Part shown: one piece after another, positions 47,795 through 58,767 of the stretch
Layout of the letters: every line of letters starts with the position of its first letter
Position numbering within the stretch: position 1 is the first letter of the stretch
Assembly: GCA_022813965.1 (NCBI GenBank)
Contig: JALDZS010000006.1
Span: 186,001 to 250,000 of the forward strand
Source: Toensbergia leucococca
Lineage: Eukaryota
DNA length: 64,000 nucleotides
Reading direction: 5' to 3'
The notes under the pieces: generated by a model
Seen by the model: the letters and a program-made list of their open reading frames with translations, nothing else
What the model was told of the DNA's origin: nothing
The model's database searches: none
Program-made: the position numbers and the translations under genes

Positions 47795-50774
47795 ATGGCC
47801 ATGCTTGCTTCTAAAGCCCCCTACCCACCGTCGATGGGTATGGCTCACGTCCAGTCGAGGTCCACAGGGCAATACTCCTCCAGCATCTCGACTCACAGGA
47901 CACCTGTTTTAGGAAATTCACACAACGCTCCTTTTGCAAGTCCCACCGAGTCGGAATTCTCAGAAGCCTTCGATGGATCAGATTCAGTCCGGTAAGCTTC
48001 CTTAACAGTGCATCTTATGAAGATACGTATGGTTTGAGAAGCAGCGTACTAATAAGACAACCGCTGTAGGGCTTGGGACGAGAAACATGTTGGTGAATGG
48101 CTTCGAAGCATAAACTGCTCCCAATACGAGCAACTTTTCAAAAGTTAGTAAAACCAAGCCATAGGCATCTTCTTGCATCAACCGTTGACTTACGTTGCTA
48201 ATGGCCCGGATAGTCAACAACGTCACTGGCAATAATCTGATAGAATGCGACCAAAGCGTTTTGAAGGAAATGGGCATCAAAAAAATCGGAGACCGCGTCC
48301 GTATCTTTGTTGGCATCAAGCAACTGAGGACCAAAGCCGTTGGCAACCACAAGAAGAGGACAAGGGATTCTATTGCTGCTTTGGATCACTATCAGATCCA
48401 TACCCCTTCTTCTTCTGGATCACCAAGGCAAACGAACTCTGCCCGGGACCGCTCACACCCTACACCTCCGGCAAACCGCCGCTATTCACGTCATATTGAT
48501 CCAGCAGCTTTGGAGTCCTATCATGTAGCCAACTCCAACCCACGACCTAGCTCACCGTTGGCGGAGTCGGAAGAAAGGGGATTACGAGCACAACGCTATG
48601 GTAACATGAGTCCCATTGAGAAATCACGAAAGGACCAACTACCAGGCTATTTCAGTCACCCGTCATCCGCAAAGACAGTCTCCGGGCGACGACCCGTGAC
48701 TCCTGGTGAAACGCCGACGACTGCAAAGAGTGGCATTCATCATCATCAAACCCAAAACATGGACTCTACCGTCGGAACACTTCCGCAGGGGTCGCCTGTG
48801 ATCAGAGTCATATATAACAGTGGTCAGACTAAAGTACTAGACATTAAGAACTGTAGGAGTGCAGACGAAATTATCCTCAATGTACTGAGAAAGCTTACCT
48901 TGCCCGAGCATCACTACAAGAACTACTGCTTTTATCTTCTAGACGGGATGGATCCGGACCCTGCCAAATCCCGCCGTCTGTCAGATTCGGAGCTGATACG
49001 AATATGCACGGATTTGACCAGAGCAGAGAGAGGAAGATTGATACTCAGGAAAATCCATGCCGGCGAACCGGATCCAGACGAGCTGCGTAAGGCCGCTGGT
49101 ATCTCTCTTGAGGAGCACTACGAGTCGCACGCTTCTGCAGTCGCCCATAACAGCAATTCCAGCAAGATCAAAGTTCAAAAACTTACTGGTGAACCTTGGG
49201 AAGATCTCAAATATCCATTATCTCCAGCATCATTCCAGGCGCCTCGGTCAGCCCTTGCAGCAGCCGAGCGTCACCGTGCTGTAACTTCAGCCGCGCAAGA
49301 TCTCGAGCGGTCGGACTCTCAAAGACAAAAACCCAAGATAAAGGAGTTTCTTGGTGGTCGACCTCCAAGTGAATTGATCAGCCAAGAGTTGACGACTTAT
49401 TTCCCAGATCACCAGAAGGAGGAAATAGAGCGGGCTGTACGCATGTCAATGCGAAGATCAGCCCGATTGAGTAGAGCTGCCAGCCGCTTGAGTGTTGCGA
49501 GTAATATTAGTTTCACTTCGAGCCTGAAAGATGCTCCACCACTACCAAACATTGCGGATACGTGGTTGACCGGAACTTCTAATTCATCCCGCGGCCCTCG
49601 GCCCTTATCTGTCTCGAGATTTCCATTACCCCAGCTCGCCTACCGTGATTCCATCGCATCAAGTTCATTACAGCCTCTGCAAGAAGAATCCCCTATCGAG
49701 CCCAACAGAAAGTCCTACGTCTCATTCGAAAGCGGCTCTGAGTTTGCAAATGTCAACGTGACCGACCCAGAAGGCAACTCTGCGCTGCAGAGTTATTTTG
49801 ACGAATCCGGGAGCAGTGGACCAACCACCGAAGCAGGAGAATCACTCAATGAACATCTCAGCCATGCCATTGCCGAGGATGGGGAGGGTCCGGACGAAGA
49901 ACTCGATCAATTCCTCAAAGGCGATTCGTGGGACCATGTCAAGTGGATGCAAGGATCTCTCATCGGCCAAGGCTCGTTTGGAAGTGTATTCCTTGCTCTC
50001 CATGCTATAACAGGCGAGTTGATGGCTGTTAAACAAGTCGAGATGCCCTCGAACAGCAATAGCGAGCTCGATAAGCGGAAAGAGAGCATGCTCGCTGCTC
50101 TCAAGCACGAAATCAATCTCCTTCGTGACCTTCAACACAAGAACATTGTACAATACCTCGGCTCAAACTCAGACAAAGAGCATTTCAACATTTTCCTTGA
50201 GTATGTTCCTGGAGGCTCCGTTGCAGCCATGTTGAACTCCTACGGCCAGCTCCAGGAACCGCTTATCAGAAATTTCGTTCGTCAGATCCTCGATGGTCTT
50301 TCGTATCTCCACGGCAGAGATATCATCCATCGTGACATTAAAGGTGCTAATGTTCTTGTGGATAACAAGGGTAACATCAAAATATCCGATTTTGGCATCT
50401 CTAAACGTGTTGAAGCTTCTGCTTTACTCCAACCTGGGAAGAACGGCGGTCACGTCCATCGCCCTTCCCTTCAAGGCTCAGTTTTTTGGATGGCTCCAGA
50501 AGTCGTAAAACAAACATCCTATACCCGGAAAGCCGACATATGGTCTCTGGGTTGCCTGGTTGTTGAAATGTTCACTGGTACGCATCCGTTCCCGAACTGC
50601 TCGCAGCTTCAGGCCATTTTCCAGATTGGGAATTCTGCTGCTAAGCCGAACACTCCGGACCATGTCAGCGACGAAGGAAAGACTTTCCTCAAGCAAACTT
50701 TTGAGATTGACCACGAGAAGAGGCCTAGTGCAGATGATCTGATGTTGAGTCCTTTCTTGAAGCAAATTGCCTGA
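47795..50774 (+). CDS. STE11: MAP kinase kinase kinase Ste11/SteC (SAM, Ras-association and kinase domains)
   Basis: SAM domain WDEKHVGEWLRSINCSQYEQLF..LKEMGIKKIGDRVRI; kinase GQGSFGSV, MAVKQV, HRDIKGANVL, SDFG, QGSVFWMAPE. Confidence 0.96.
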
Positions 50775-51050
50775 TTGATTCGAATGAAGAACAAGGAAGT
50801 ATCTGAAAGTATCTGCACTAATTTGAGGGGGTAATCGGCTCGGACCTTCCTTGGAAGCTTGTGCATTGTATTTTTACATGATACCACGTTCCCACGCGTA
50901 CGACCTACATATTTTCGCCATCTTTGCTATCTTCGCTTCTCTCCTCCAGGTCTATAGCCTGTGCATATTGTACCATATACGTCGCATCGCTATGCTATGC
51001 CGCTCCAAGATAGAAAGCAATGAAATGAACAAGTGTCAAATGAGTTGACT

Positions 51051-52231
51051 TTAGTTTACATGCTTCCCATAAAAGGGAACCCCCATAGAACTTAGTAACA
51101 GCCTTGCGTCCTTGTCATTCGTTGCTGTTGTGTGAAGCACAATATCGATGCCTGGGATCATTTTCGGCGGGTATCTATATCAAGCGTCCCGTCAATATCG
51201 TCAAGCTTGAGAAATCATCCTCACAATACGAGCAGAGGTGCAGTAAAGACTCACGCATCATAGTTGACTTCTATCTCGGGAAATGTTCCCACAACCTCAC
51301 GTCCAAACCCAAGGGCCAAATTGCCACTCCCATCCCCGCTGCCGCCGCTCACACCCTTATAGTCCTTGATCTTCGGCATAACCACCTCTACCAATTTACT
51401 TAAAAAATGGTAGGAATCTTCCCCTTTCAACTCGCACTTCACTGCCATTGCTTTCCCCTCCCTCAGATTGAAATTCGCGATGGATTGTTTCGCATGATAT
51501 ACTGTGCAGCGCACATTCGTGATGGCTTGAAGAACCATACCCGCAACGTGCAAGTAGGCACTGTCACTGCCGGCATCTCTTACAAAGGAGTGGACGGTCA
51601 CGCCGGAGAGAGACGGGACATTGCGGAAAGTAATAGGACGCCGCAGGAGGGGAAGAACAGGGGCGCCGCGGGGACCACGAAGGGGTCGATTTTTGTGGTA
51701 GGGGGAGGAATCGTCCCAGCTTCGGAGACGGGGGGGAGATGGCCCCGGTAGGGTGCCTGGAGGGTGGTGGGTGTAGGAAAGGGTTAGGAGATCTTGGGCT
51801 AGAGTACTCTGATAGGTCTGCTCGAGGCGGGGAAGGGAGAAGGGGCCTGGGATAAAGACGCGGGAGGAGGGAGAGGAGGCTGGAGGAGATTGGTGGGGAT
51901 GGAGGGGACCGCGATTGTATTTTGGGGGGCGGAATTGGTAGCTAGGTTGGTTAGGGGTGGATGTGTGGAAGGGGCATGGTAGCACGCACCGGCTAGCGGG
52001 CAACTGTCTTGCCCGTTGCTTGCTTCGTCCGACGGGATTGAAGGAATCGACTGTATCTGGGGATGGTCCTGGTTGATATAATGATGATGATGAATCGATA
52101 TCTTCGGATATCTCTTGCATGCCTGAAAAACTCGAAGCTTTCCGGCGACCAACGCATCTTTGGGCGATCGATGGGCTTTGCTTGCTGAGGACGGCACATG
52201 CCAATCGGGCAGGTAGGCTTCGGCTGGCCAT
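51051..52231 (-). CDS. MRPL7: Mitochondrial large-subunit ribosomal protein uL5m
   Basis: Presequence; RLRSWDDSSPYHKNRP, LQAITN, NFNLREG, SGDGSGNL, FPEIEVNYDA|YPPKMIPG...TTATNDKDARLLLS..GVPF. Confidence 0.93.
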
Positions 52232-52680
52232 GTTGTCGGTCAAATTGTTGGCGTTGAAGATAATGTTGCTTTGTATCGTTGTATACTACTCGCGATCACG
52301 ACTGACTTACTCGTACAGGCATGTTTGAAATTTGACCTTAAAGGCTATTTACTCTAAGAGTATGGCTGCTCTAGGCTTCGTCACCCCTGTGGTCGGGGCT
52401 TAGAATAGTTGCCCGAGATGAACCCCACATGGAGCGAGCTTCAACCAAAACAGCCTGACGAAAAATTATTGCTTGCTCGGCCTTCCTTCAATTCTGACGG
52501 CGTGGTCTACAAGTATGCTACATCGATCAATGTCATGTCTCTCGATCCCTTCAAGACCCACAATCACCGTACTAGTGCCGTCAAGCAACCTCAGAAAGTT
52601 CACTAGGCACTCTAGCCGCGTATCTCTATCGTGATCTCAATTGCGTCCGTTCTCTTCATCCTATATCGACATACTTCAGT

Positions 52681-55399
52681 ATGAGTGGCATTAACAGGCT
52701 TCTAAGCCGACGAGATAAAACCGCCACTGGAAGTCATCAGAAAAAAGTAACGTCTCCACCACTACCTGCACCGTTACCGACCTTAAACTCTTCTGCTTCT
52801 ACTTCATCTACGTCGACTGGTGTTGCCCAGTATCTTTCTCCACTTTACAGACGCACCTCTTCTGCTTTCTCTTCCTTGTCGTCTCTGTCGATAGCGTTCC
52901 CATTTCAAACATTGAAAAGATCTCCCAGTCTGGAGCCTACACAGGGGATAATTCATTCGTCAACCGCTAACACGTCTGAACATTTGCTTCTGCAGCCGAA
53001 ACAAACTGCTGGTAAACTTCATGGCCTTTTCCCCGAAGATCAAAAGAAGCTCCCAGAGAAAAACGAGGAGGAAAAGGTACGTTCTGCGTTACGTCAATAT
53101 TGCGGCGCTTGAGCTCACCAAGAGCAGCTCAAGGAATTAACTCGAAGGCTCGCTCGTGCTGGCATCACCAACTTTAAAGAGCCAGATATAAAGCACGCTC
53201 TACACGCTGCCTACGCGAACGGTGATCCGGAGAAGGCGTTCGACGTTCTTGTCCTTCTCGAGGAGTCTGAGGAGGGAATCATCAAGGAATACAATCCAAA
53301 TGTTCGCTTGCTAGGAGCGGTAAACAGGAAAGGGGTAACATGCTGGTTAGATGCGGTGCTTTTTGCTATGTTTGCGAGGCTTGGAAGTTTTGAAGCCATA
53401 CTTTACAACACCTTTGAAGACGAACCGCGGAAACGGCTAGCAATGCTACTAAGATTATGGGTCAATACACTTCGAGTGGGGAAATTAATCACCATAGACA
53501 TTGTATGCCATTCTCGTGACTGACGGATTCAGGCTCAAATTCGCTGACCATGGACGTTCGCAGACAGAGAAGCTACAATTACAACTTGCTGAATGTGGCT
53601 GGGAAGAGGCTTCGGAATTGTGCCAACAAGATGCTTCCGAGGCTTTCTCATTCATTACCGAGAAGCTTGCATTGCCATTGCTAACATTGAAAATGGACAT
53701 ATTCCACACTGGAAAGGAAGATGCTAGCGACGATCACAAGTTTGTTAATGAACGCCTGTTGGAAGTTGCTATACCAGAAGATTCTGGAGATGGCCAGATC
53801 ATAACCTTGGAAGATTGTTTGGAGACTTACTTCAATAATCGAATCGATGTCAAGAGATATCTAGAGCGGCAAGGCACATTGAATTCCATGCGCTCCCGTG
53901 GATCTATTGACTCTACAAAAGCCCAAGCCTTTCACATTGATACGGTAGAGCTCGATAGCTCGCAGCCCTCTACTCCGTTATCAGCTCATCAGCAGAACAC
54001 TCCCTTCGCCCCACTTCGACCAAATAAACCCCGGCCGAGAGCGCCGAGCATCATAAAAGAGTATTATGTATCAGAGAAGGCGGAGTTTTCCAGTTCGTTG
54101 CCATCGTACGAGGAGAATGGCAGCCAAATGGGACGCAGGAGAAATGGTAGTCTGATGAAGAAAGAAGTGATGATGCCTGCGTGGCAATTCTTCAGCTTGA
54201 TACGTATGTGATCCAAAGAGTTCCATTCTCAATTATTGTTGCTTAGATATGCAGCATGGTACACCGACAACAAACCTAGCAACGATGCCCAAGTTGCTGC
54301 ACACTTCTCATCAACTCGACCGGTGTTGGGCCTCTGCCTGAAACGATACTCTATGCTTCCCAATGGCCGAGCTGTTCGGAGGAATACACACGTTGATATC
54401 CCCTTGGAGATTGGGTTGCCTCATTTCATACAGGACGATGCCATGTCGGAGGATGGTCCAATATTCGGTAATTTCAAGCTCTCTTTGCAGTCAGTCGTTT
54501 GTCATCGAGGCAACTCGGTTGATTCAGGACATTATATCAGCCTTGTTCGTGGTGAAGCACCAAACGCGTCGCCGGGTAGAGAGCGAGATTGGGTAGAAAA
54601 TCCTACGTCAGATACCTCCTCGAACGATAGGTGGATGCGATTTGACGATCTCGCAAGGGAGAGAGTGGCGTATATCAATATCGAGAAAGCCTTGCGAGAC
54701 GAGACGCCCTATCTTGTTTTTTACCAAGTCCAGCCCATCGAGGGAGATCCGGGGAATGTTGCAGCAGGCGAACAGCCTCCGTTGTATTCCGAGAAAGATT
54801 CCGGAGTCGGTGGGAGTTCGGGGAAGGATGACACTAGCCGAGGATCTCTTGAAGGATCTGAGGCGGCCAGAGTGAGCTTTGAAGGATCAGTTTCTGACAG
54901 ACTAAGAGGGCGCTCAAGTACGAGAAGTGAAAGGCGTGCAAGCATAGTATTCACGGATGTTAGTACTGGGAGCACGAAAGTCGAGCAGGAATCTGAAGTT
55001 GGTACGACCGAGGCTGGTTCTTTGGCAGTATCACGACCGGGGTCCAAGGTTGGTAGAAGGGGCTCGAAAAGTCGGAATAGCAGTCTAAGTATAGAAAAGA
55101 GGCTCAGTATCCCGTTCTCGCGAATGGCAAGTCGATTGACTAAGGACAAGTCTGATAGCGCCGTCGTGACAACAGAGCCAGTCAAGGACCGAGGCCAGAA
55201 GCTGACTGAATCACCATGGGCTGAGAATACAAGGATGATTAATTCACAGTCACCCCAGACGGACAAAACAACAGCACCAGATAGAGCTAAATTGAAGAAG
55301 GAGAATACAGATAAGAAAGCTAGGCATAGTGGCCATCACCTCCTGGTGAAGGGAAAGGCCAAAGCGGAGAAACCGGATAGGGAGTGTTCAGTCATGTGA
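52681..55399 (+). CDS. Ubiquitin carboxyl-terminal hydrolase (USP/peptidase C19, CYLD-like fungal family), multi-exon
   Basis: Cys box NRKGVTCWLDAVLFAMF, QQDASEAF, His box VVCHRGNSVDSGHYISLVR, WMRFDDL; ends in a CAAX-like CSVM. Confidence 0.9.
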
Positions 55400-55997
55400 A
55401 AATATTGCTCTGGTGGACTTTTGAGAGTCATAGGTGGTGCGATTAAGAATTGGCGTTCTCTCGGGGCTTCTTGAGATACCTTGGTGCATGGCTTTGGGGC
55501 GTTGTTGATTCTATGCACTATTTGCAGAGGCGTTTGATTCTTGGTGGATGATGCACGGCGTACCTTTCGCATTAAGTGGAGACGTGTGTTGATGTTTCCA
55601 TCCTTGGACGCATATTGCAGACACGATTCAATCCTTTCTGCAGAAGCGGAGATTAGATGCAGATAAATTTGATCAACGGGCCGGGTGATACTCTATTGTA
55701 CTCCTGAGCCCCTTTAATGCCAAGGTATCTTCCCAAAAATAAATCCATCTTTAATTCCCGACTTCCAAACATGAACATTCATACTCATGCCGACTATTGT
55801 GTTTCGAAAATCAATCACATGCTTCTTCATCTACAGATAGGACTCAGGTAATGAGTTACCTGTGCCTGCCTCCTATGGAACAACAGCCCTACAGCACGAC
55901 TTCATGACGTAAGGACCTCTGTCTACATTTGCCATCGAGGAATATATAACAGAATTGAGAATTACATATTTCATTTTCTTCCTACCTCATCCAACCA

Positions 55998-56821
55998 ATG
56001 CTCTCGACTATCCACTCCCTCTCTTTTCGTTGCACATCGTCTAAAGCACTCCCTCTAATATATCACTACAATAAACGTCTCATCTCCCACACCACCCCCC
56101 TCCGCGTCAAAGATTCCAAAATGTCTGCCCAACCCCCCAAGAATGAAATGGTGTATTTCCCCAATATGACCACCTCACTTCCTTCGTCGTCGGGCGAGTT
56201 CCGCCGCGTGCTGTGGACGGGCTTGTATTCGCAGGTGGTGCTTATGACGGTGCCGGTTGGGGGGGATATTGGGGATGAGGTTTGCTTTTCTTTTTTTGTC
56301 TTCTTTTTTCATGAACACAAAGTAAAAATGACAGGGTATGAGTTTCTTTTGGAGAGCGGTTGGCTGATTCGAATACTTGATGTTTTTGGGAGGATAGATT
56401 CATACGGTGGATCAGGCGCTGACATTCACATCTGGCACGGGCAAAGCTACAATCGCGGGCAAGGACCAGGATGTCAAGGCTGGAGATCTGATGGTTGTAC
56501 CGGCGGGGACGCAGCACCAGTTTGTGAACACGGGTCCCACGCCATTGGTAAGTTACCCCTCTCAAAATAGCATCCGCCCTTTTCGAGGCGCCCCCTCCAA
56601 TACTGCCCATTTTTTAGTGAGCTTGTGGCTTCATGCTTATGATACTTTGCATGCAGATACTGTACACGATTTACTCGCCCGCGGAACATAACCCGCAGAC
56701 GGTGCATAAAACCAAGGAGATTGGGGATGAGGAGGAGGAGGCAGGGAAGGATGAGGCGCCGGGGTGGAGCCAAAAGAGCAAGGGAGAGAATGAGAAGGCG
56801 GGGATTGTAAAGGGGGAATGA
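55998..56821 (+). CDS. Cupin-2 domain protein (RmlC-like), 3 exons; second in-frame ATG at 56121
   Basis: RRVLWTGLYSQVVLMTVPVGGDIGDE|IHTVDQ...GDLMVVPAGTQHQFVNTG..PL|ILYTIYSPAEH (cupin motifs 1 and 2). Confidence 0.9.
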
Positions 56822-57206
56822 TAGGATGGTTGGGGGAAAGAATCGTTAGGGCTTTGCAGGATTGTCACTTGTATATAGATAGGGAAGTCAAATGAAAAGA
56901 GTACGGATGAGAGATAAGGAGAAGAATCTACCATCGAATTGGTGAAGCTCCCTCGAGTCCTCGTGTAGATGAAAGGTATGAGAAATTTACGATGCAAAAA
57001 GTCAGTAGAATGTAGGAACCGGTGCCCATTGTTTCGTACCAAGGTCAACATATCCCTTGATTACAGCAAATTTTGCGATCTGGGGACTATCTGGAGTCAA
57101 TGAATGCTGTTCCACCAGTTCTAATTTGCCTGTTCGCTCCCAGATTTGAGTTCGGCCGTGTATTACGGTAATGTACATTATATTTTATAATAGGGATGCT
57201 GTTTGT

Positions 57207-57461
57207 AACGTTGGGGCATGTCAGGCTCCTCCAGTCTAGCTCATTGCACTGCTTGCACACACCGAATCCGCCCCAACGTTTTGACTCTTGACCCGGAGGT
57301 CGAAGGTTCGAGTCAACCGCGTCTTTGGTTTATCTTTTTGGCAATTCAATTTACCATACCGTATTTGTTTTTGCCTCGCAAACTGAGACGCGGTTAGAAT
57401 ATCAAAACTAGCCTGGCCACCGTACAGGCGTGACGGCACCTACGGGCAAACCTACACATCA
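57207..57461 (+). ncRNA. Candidate structured ncRNA (H/ACA snoRNA-like)
   Basis: Consecutive stems 57207-57217/57270-57280 (11 bp perfect), 57281-57287/57310-57316, 57315-57324/57386-57395 (10 bp perfect) and 57411-57415/57443-57447; ANANNA (AGAATA) at 57396-57401; ACA at 57454-57458; TATA-like tract just upstream. Confidence 0.5.
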
Positions 57462-57594
57462 CGACCCCCCATCCACCCTCGAGCAACCCTCCATCCACCA
57501 CACGATGCAAACTACCACTTCACCCTCCACAACCTAAACGACAGCCCAATCTCACCCTCTCCTCTCCACCGCCTCCCCCCGTAACCTCTCCAAA

Positions 57595-58413
57595 ATGTCC
57601 TCCACCCCGGCCATAACCCTAGCCTCAACCCTCCAATCCGCCTCCCTAAACCGCTCTCCCTCCCCCACCCACGACCTAAACCCCTCAACCAGCGCCTCCC
57701 AAAAAGTGCCCATCCGTCTAACCTCCGCTCCCTCCTCCCCAACCGCCACCTCCCCCTCCACCACCAACAATCCCAACACCAGCAGCAGAAACGGAAGAAG
57801 AAGAAGAGCCCAACTCAACGATGGAGGAGAAATAGGAGGGGGAGGGGGGGATCGGCACCTTTCGCCCCTGCCGCGCCGCTCCGCCATGCCGCCGCTCCCC
57901 GATCTTCGGTTCGAGCAGAGTTATTTAGCTAGTTTGCGGGGCGTGACGGGATGGGGCGGGGTGATGTGGGTGACGGGGAGGGATCAGGTGTGTTTTCGCC
58001 GTGCTTTATTACCACCCTTCCCCTTTTCCAACCTTATCCCCCCTACCACCACCACCTTCTTCTTACTCTAGCAAAGCTTCGAACGCACAGCTGACTCTCC
58101 CACAATAGGTCCTCCTCCCTCTGGTCCAAGGACTCCTCTGGACACTCGCGTTACAAGGGTGGCGGCACTGGAACCGGAGCGCCGAGGTTGGGGGGCGGAG
58201 TTTGGGAGGCCGGGTGAGGAAGTGGTGGTGGGGGGTCAATGGGTGGGGGGTAGAGGGGGAGGGAAGGGAGGAGAAGATGGCGGGGAGGGTTGAGGAGGTG
58301 AGTTCTTAGTTTCTGTTGGGTTGGGGGAATAGCGCGATAAGACTTGAGGGCTGACACTTTTTGGGGGTGGATAGTTTTATAAAGAGCAGTTTGGGAGTGC
58401 GGCGGGGGACTGA
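57595..58413 (+). CDS. DUF1770-family fungal membrane protein, 3 exons
   Basis: PPLPDLRFEQSYLASL...RDQ|VLLPLVQGLLWTLALQGWRHWNR...RVRKWWWGVNGW...|FYKEQFG. Confidence 0.85.
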
Positions 58414-58767
58414 TGTGGTCGAAAAGAAGAGAGACGTGAGGTTGGGATGGGTGTACTTTATAGTGGAGAGGATTGAATGGACCTGTTCTCGGACACTAAG
58501 TGGAGCATTTTCAAGGTTCAATAGGGCGTTCTGGCCCGGAAATTTGTATAGATACCGCTACTACCTATGCAGTAAAGAAAATCCATCTAGCCATAACCTC
58601 TTTATTCCCATAGCTTACAAAAGGTATCTATATCGATACTCCAAAACAACATTGCCCCTTGTTCTAAAATTTGTACTCGTGCAGATAAAAATATCTTACA
58701 ATACTGCCTTTTTCCCCTCGGGAAAACACGTTTGGGATTGCAGTGACTGGTAAACCCATCGAGGCTT

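Noticed and set aside
57236..57255. CATTGCAC loop resembling U1 snRNA stem-loop II
   Set aside because: No 5' ATACTTACC or U1-70K loop upstream, so it is not U1.
57283..57315. tRNA-like T-arm/B-box (GAGGTCGAAGGTTCGAGTC)
   Set aside because: The T-stem does not pair (GAAGG vs CAACC) and there is no acceptor or D stem. It is treated as part of the larger hairpin array, not a tRNA.
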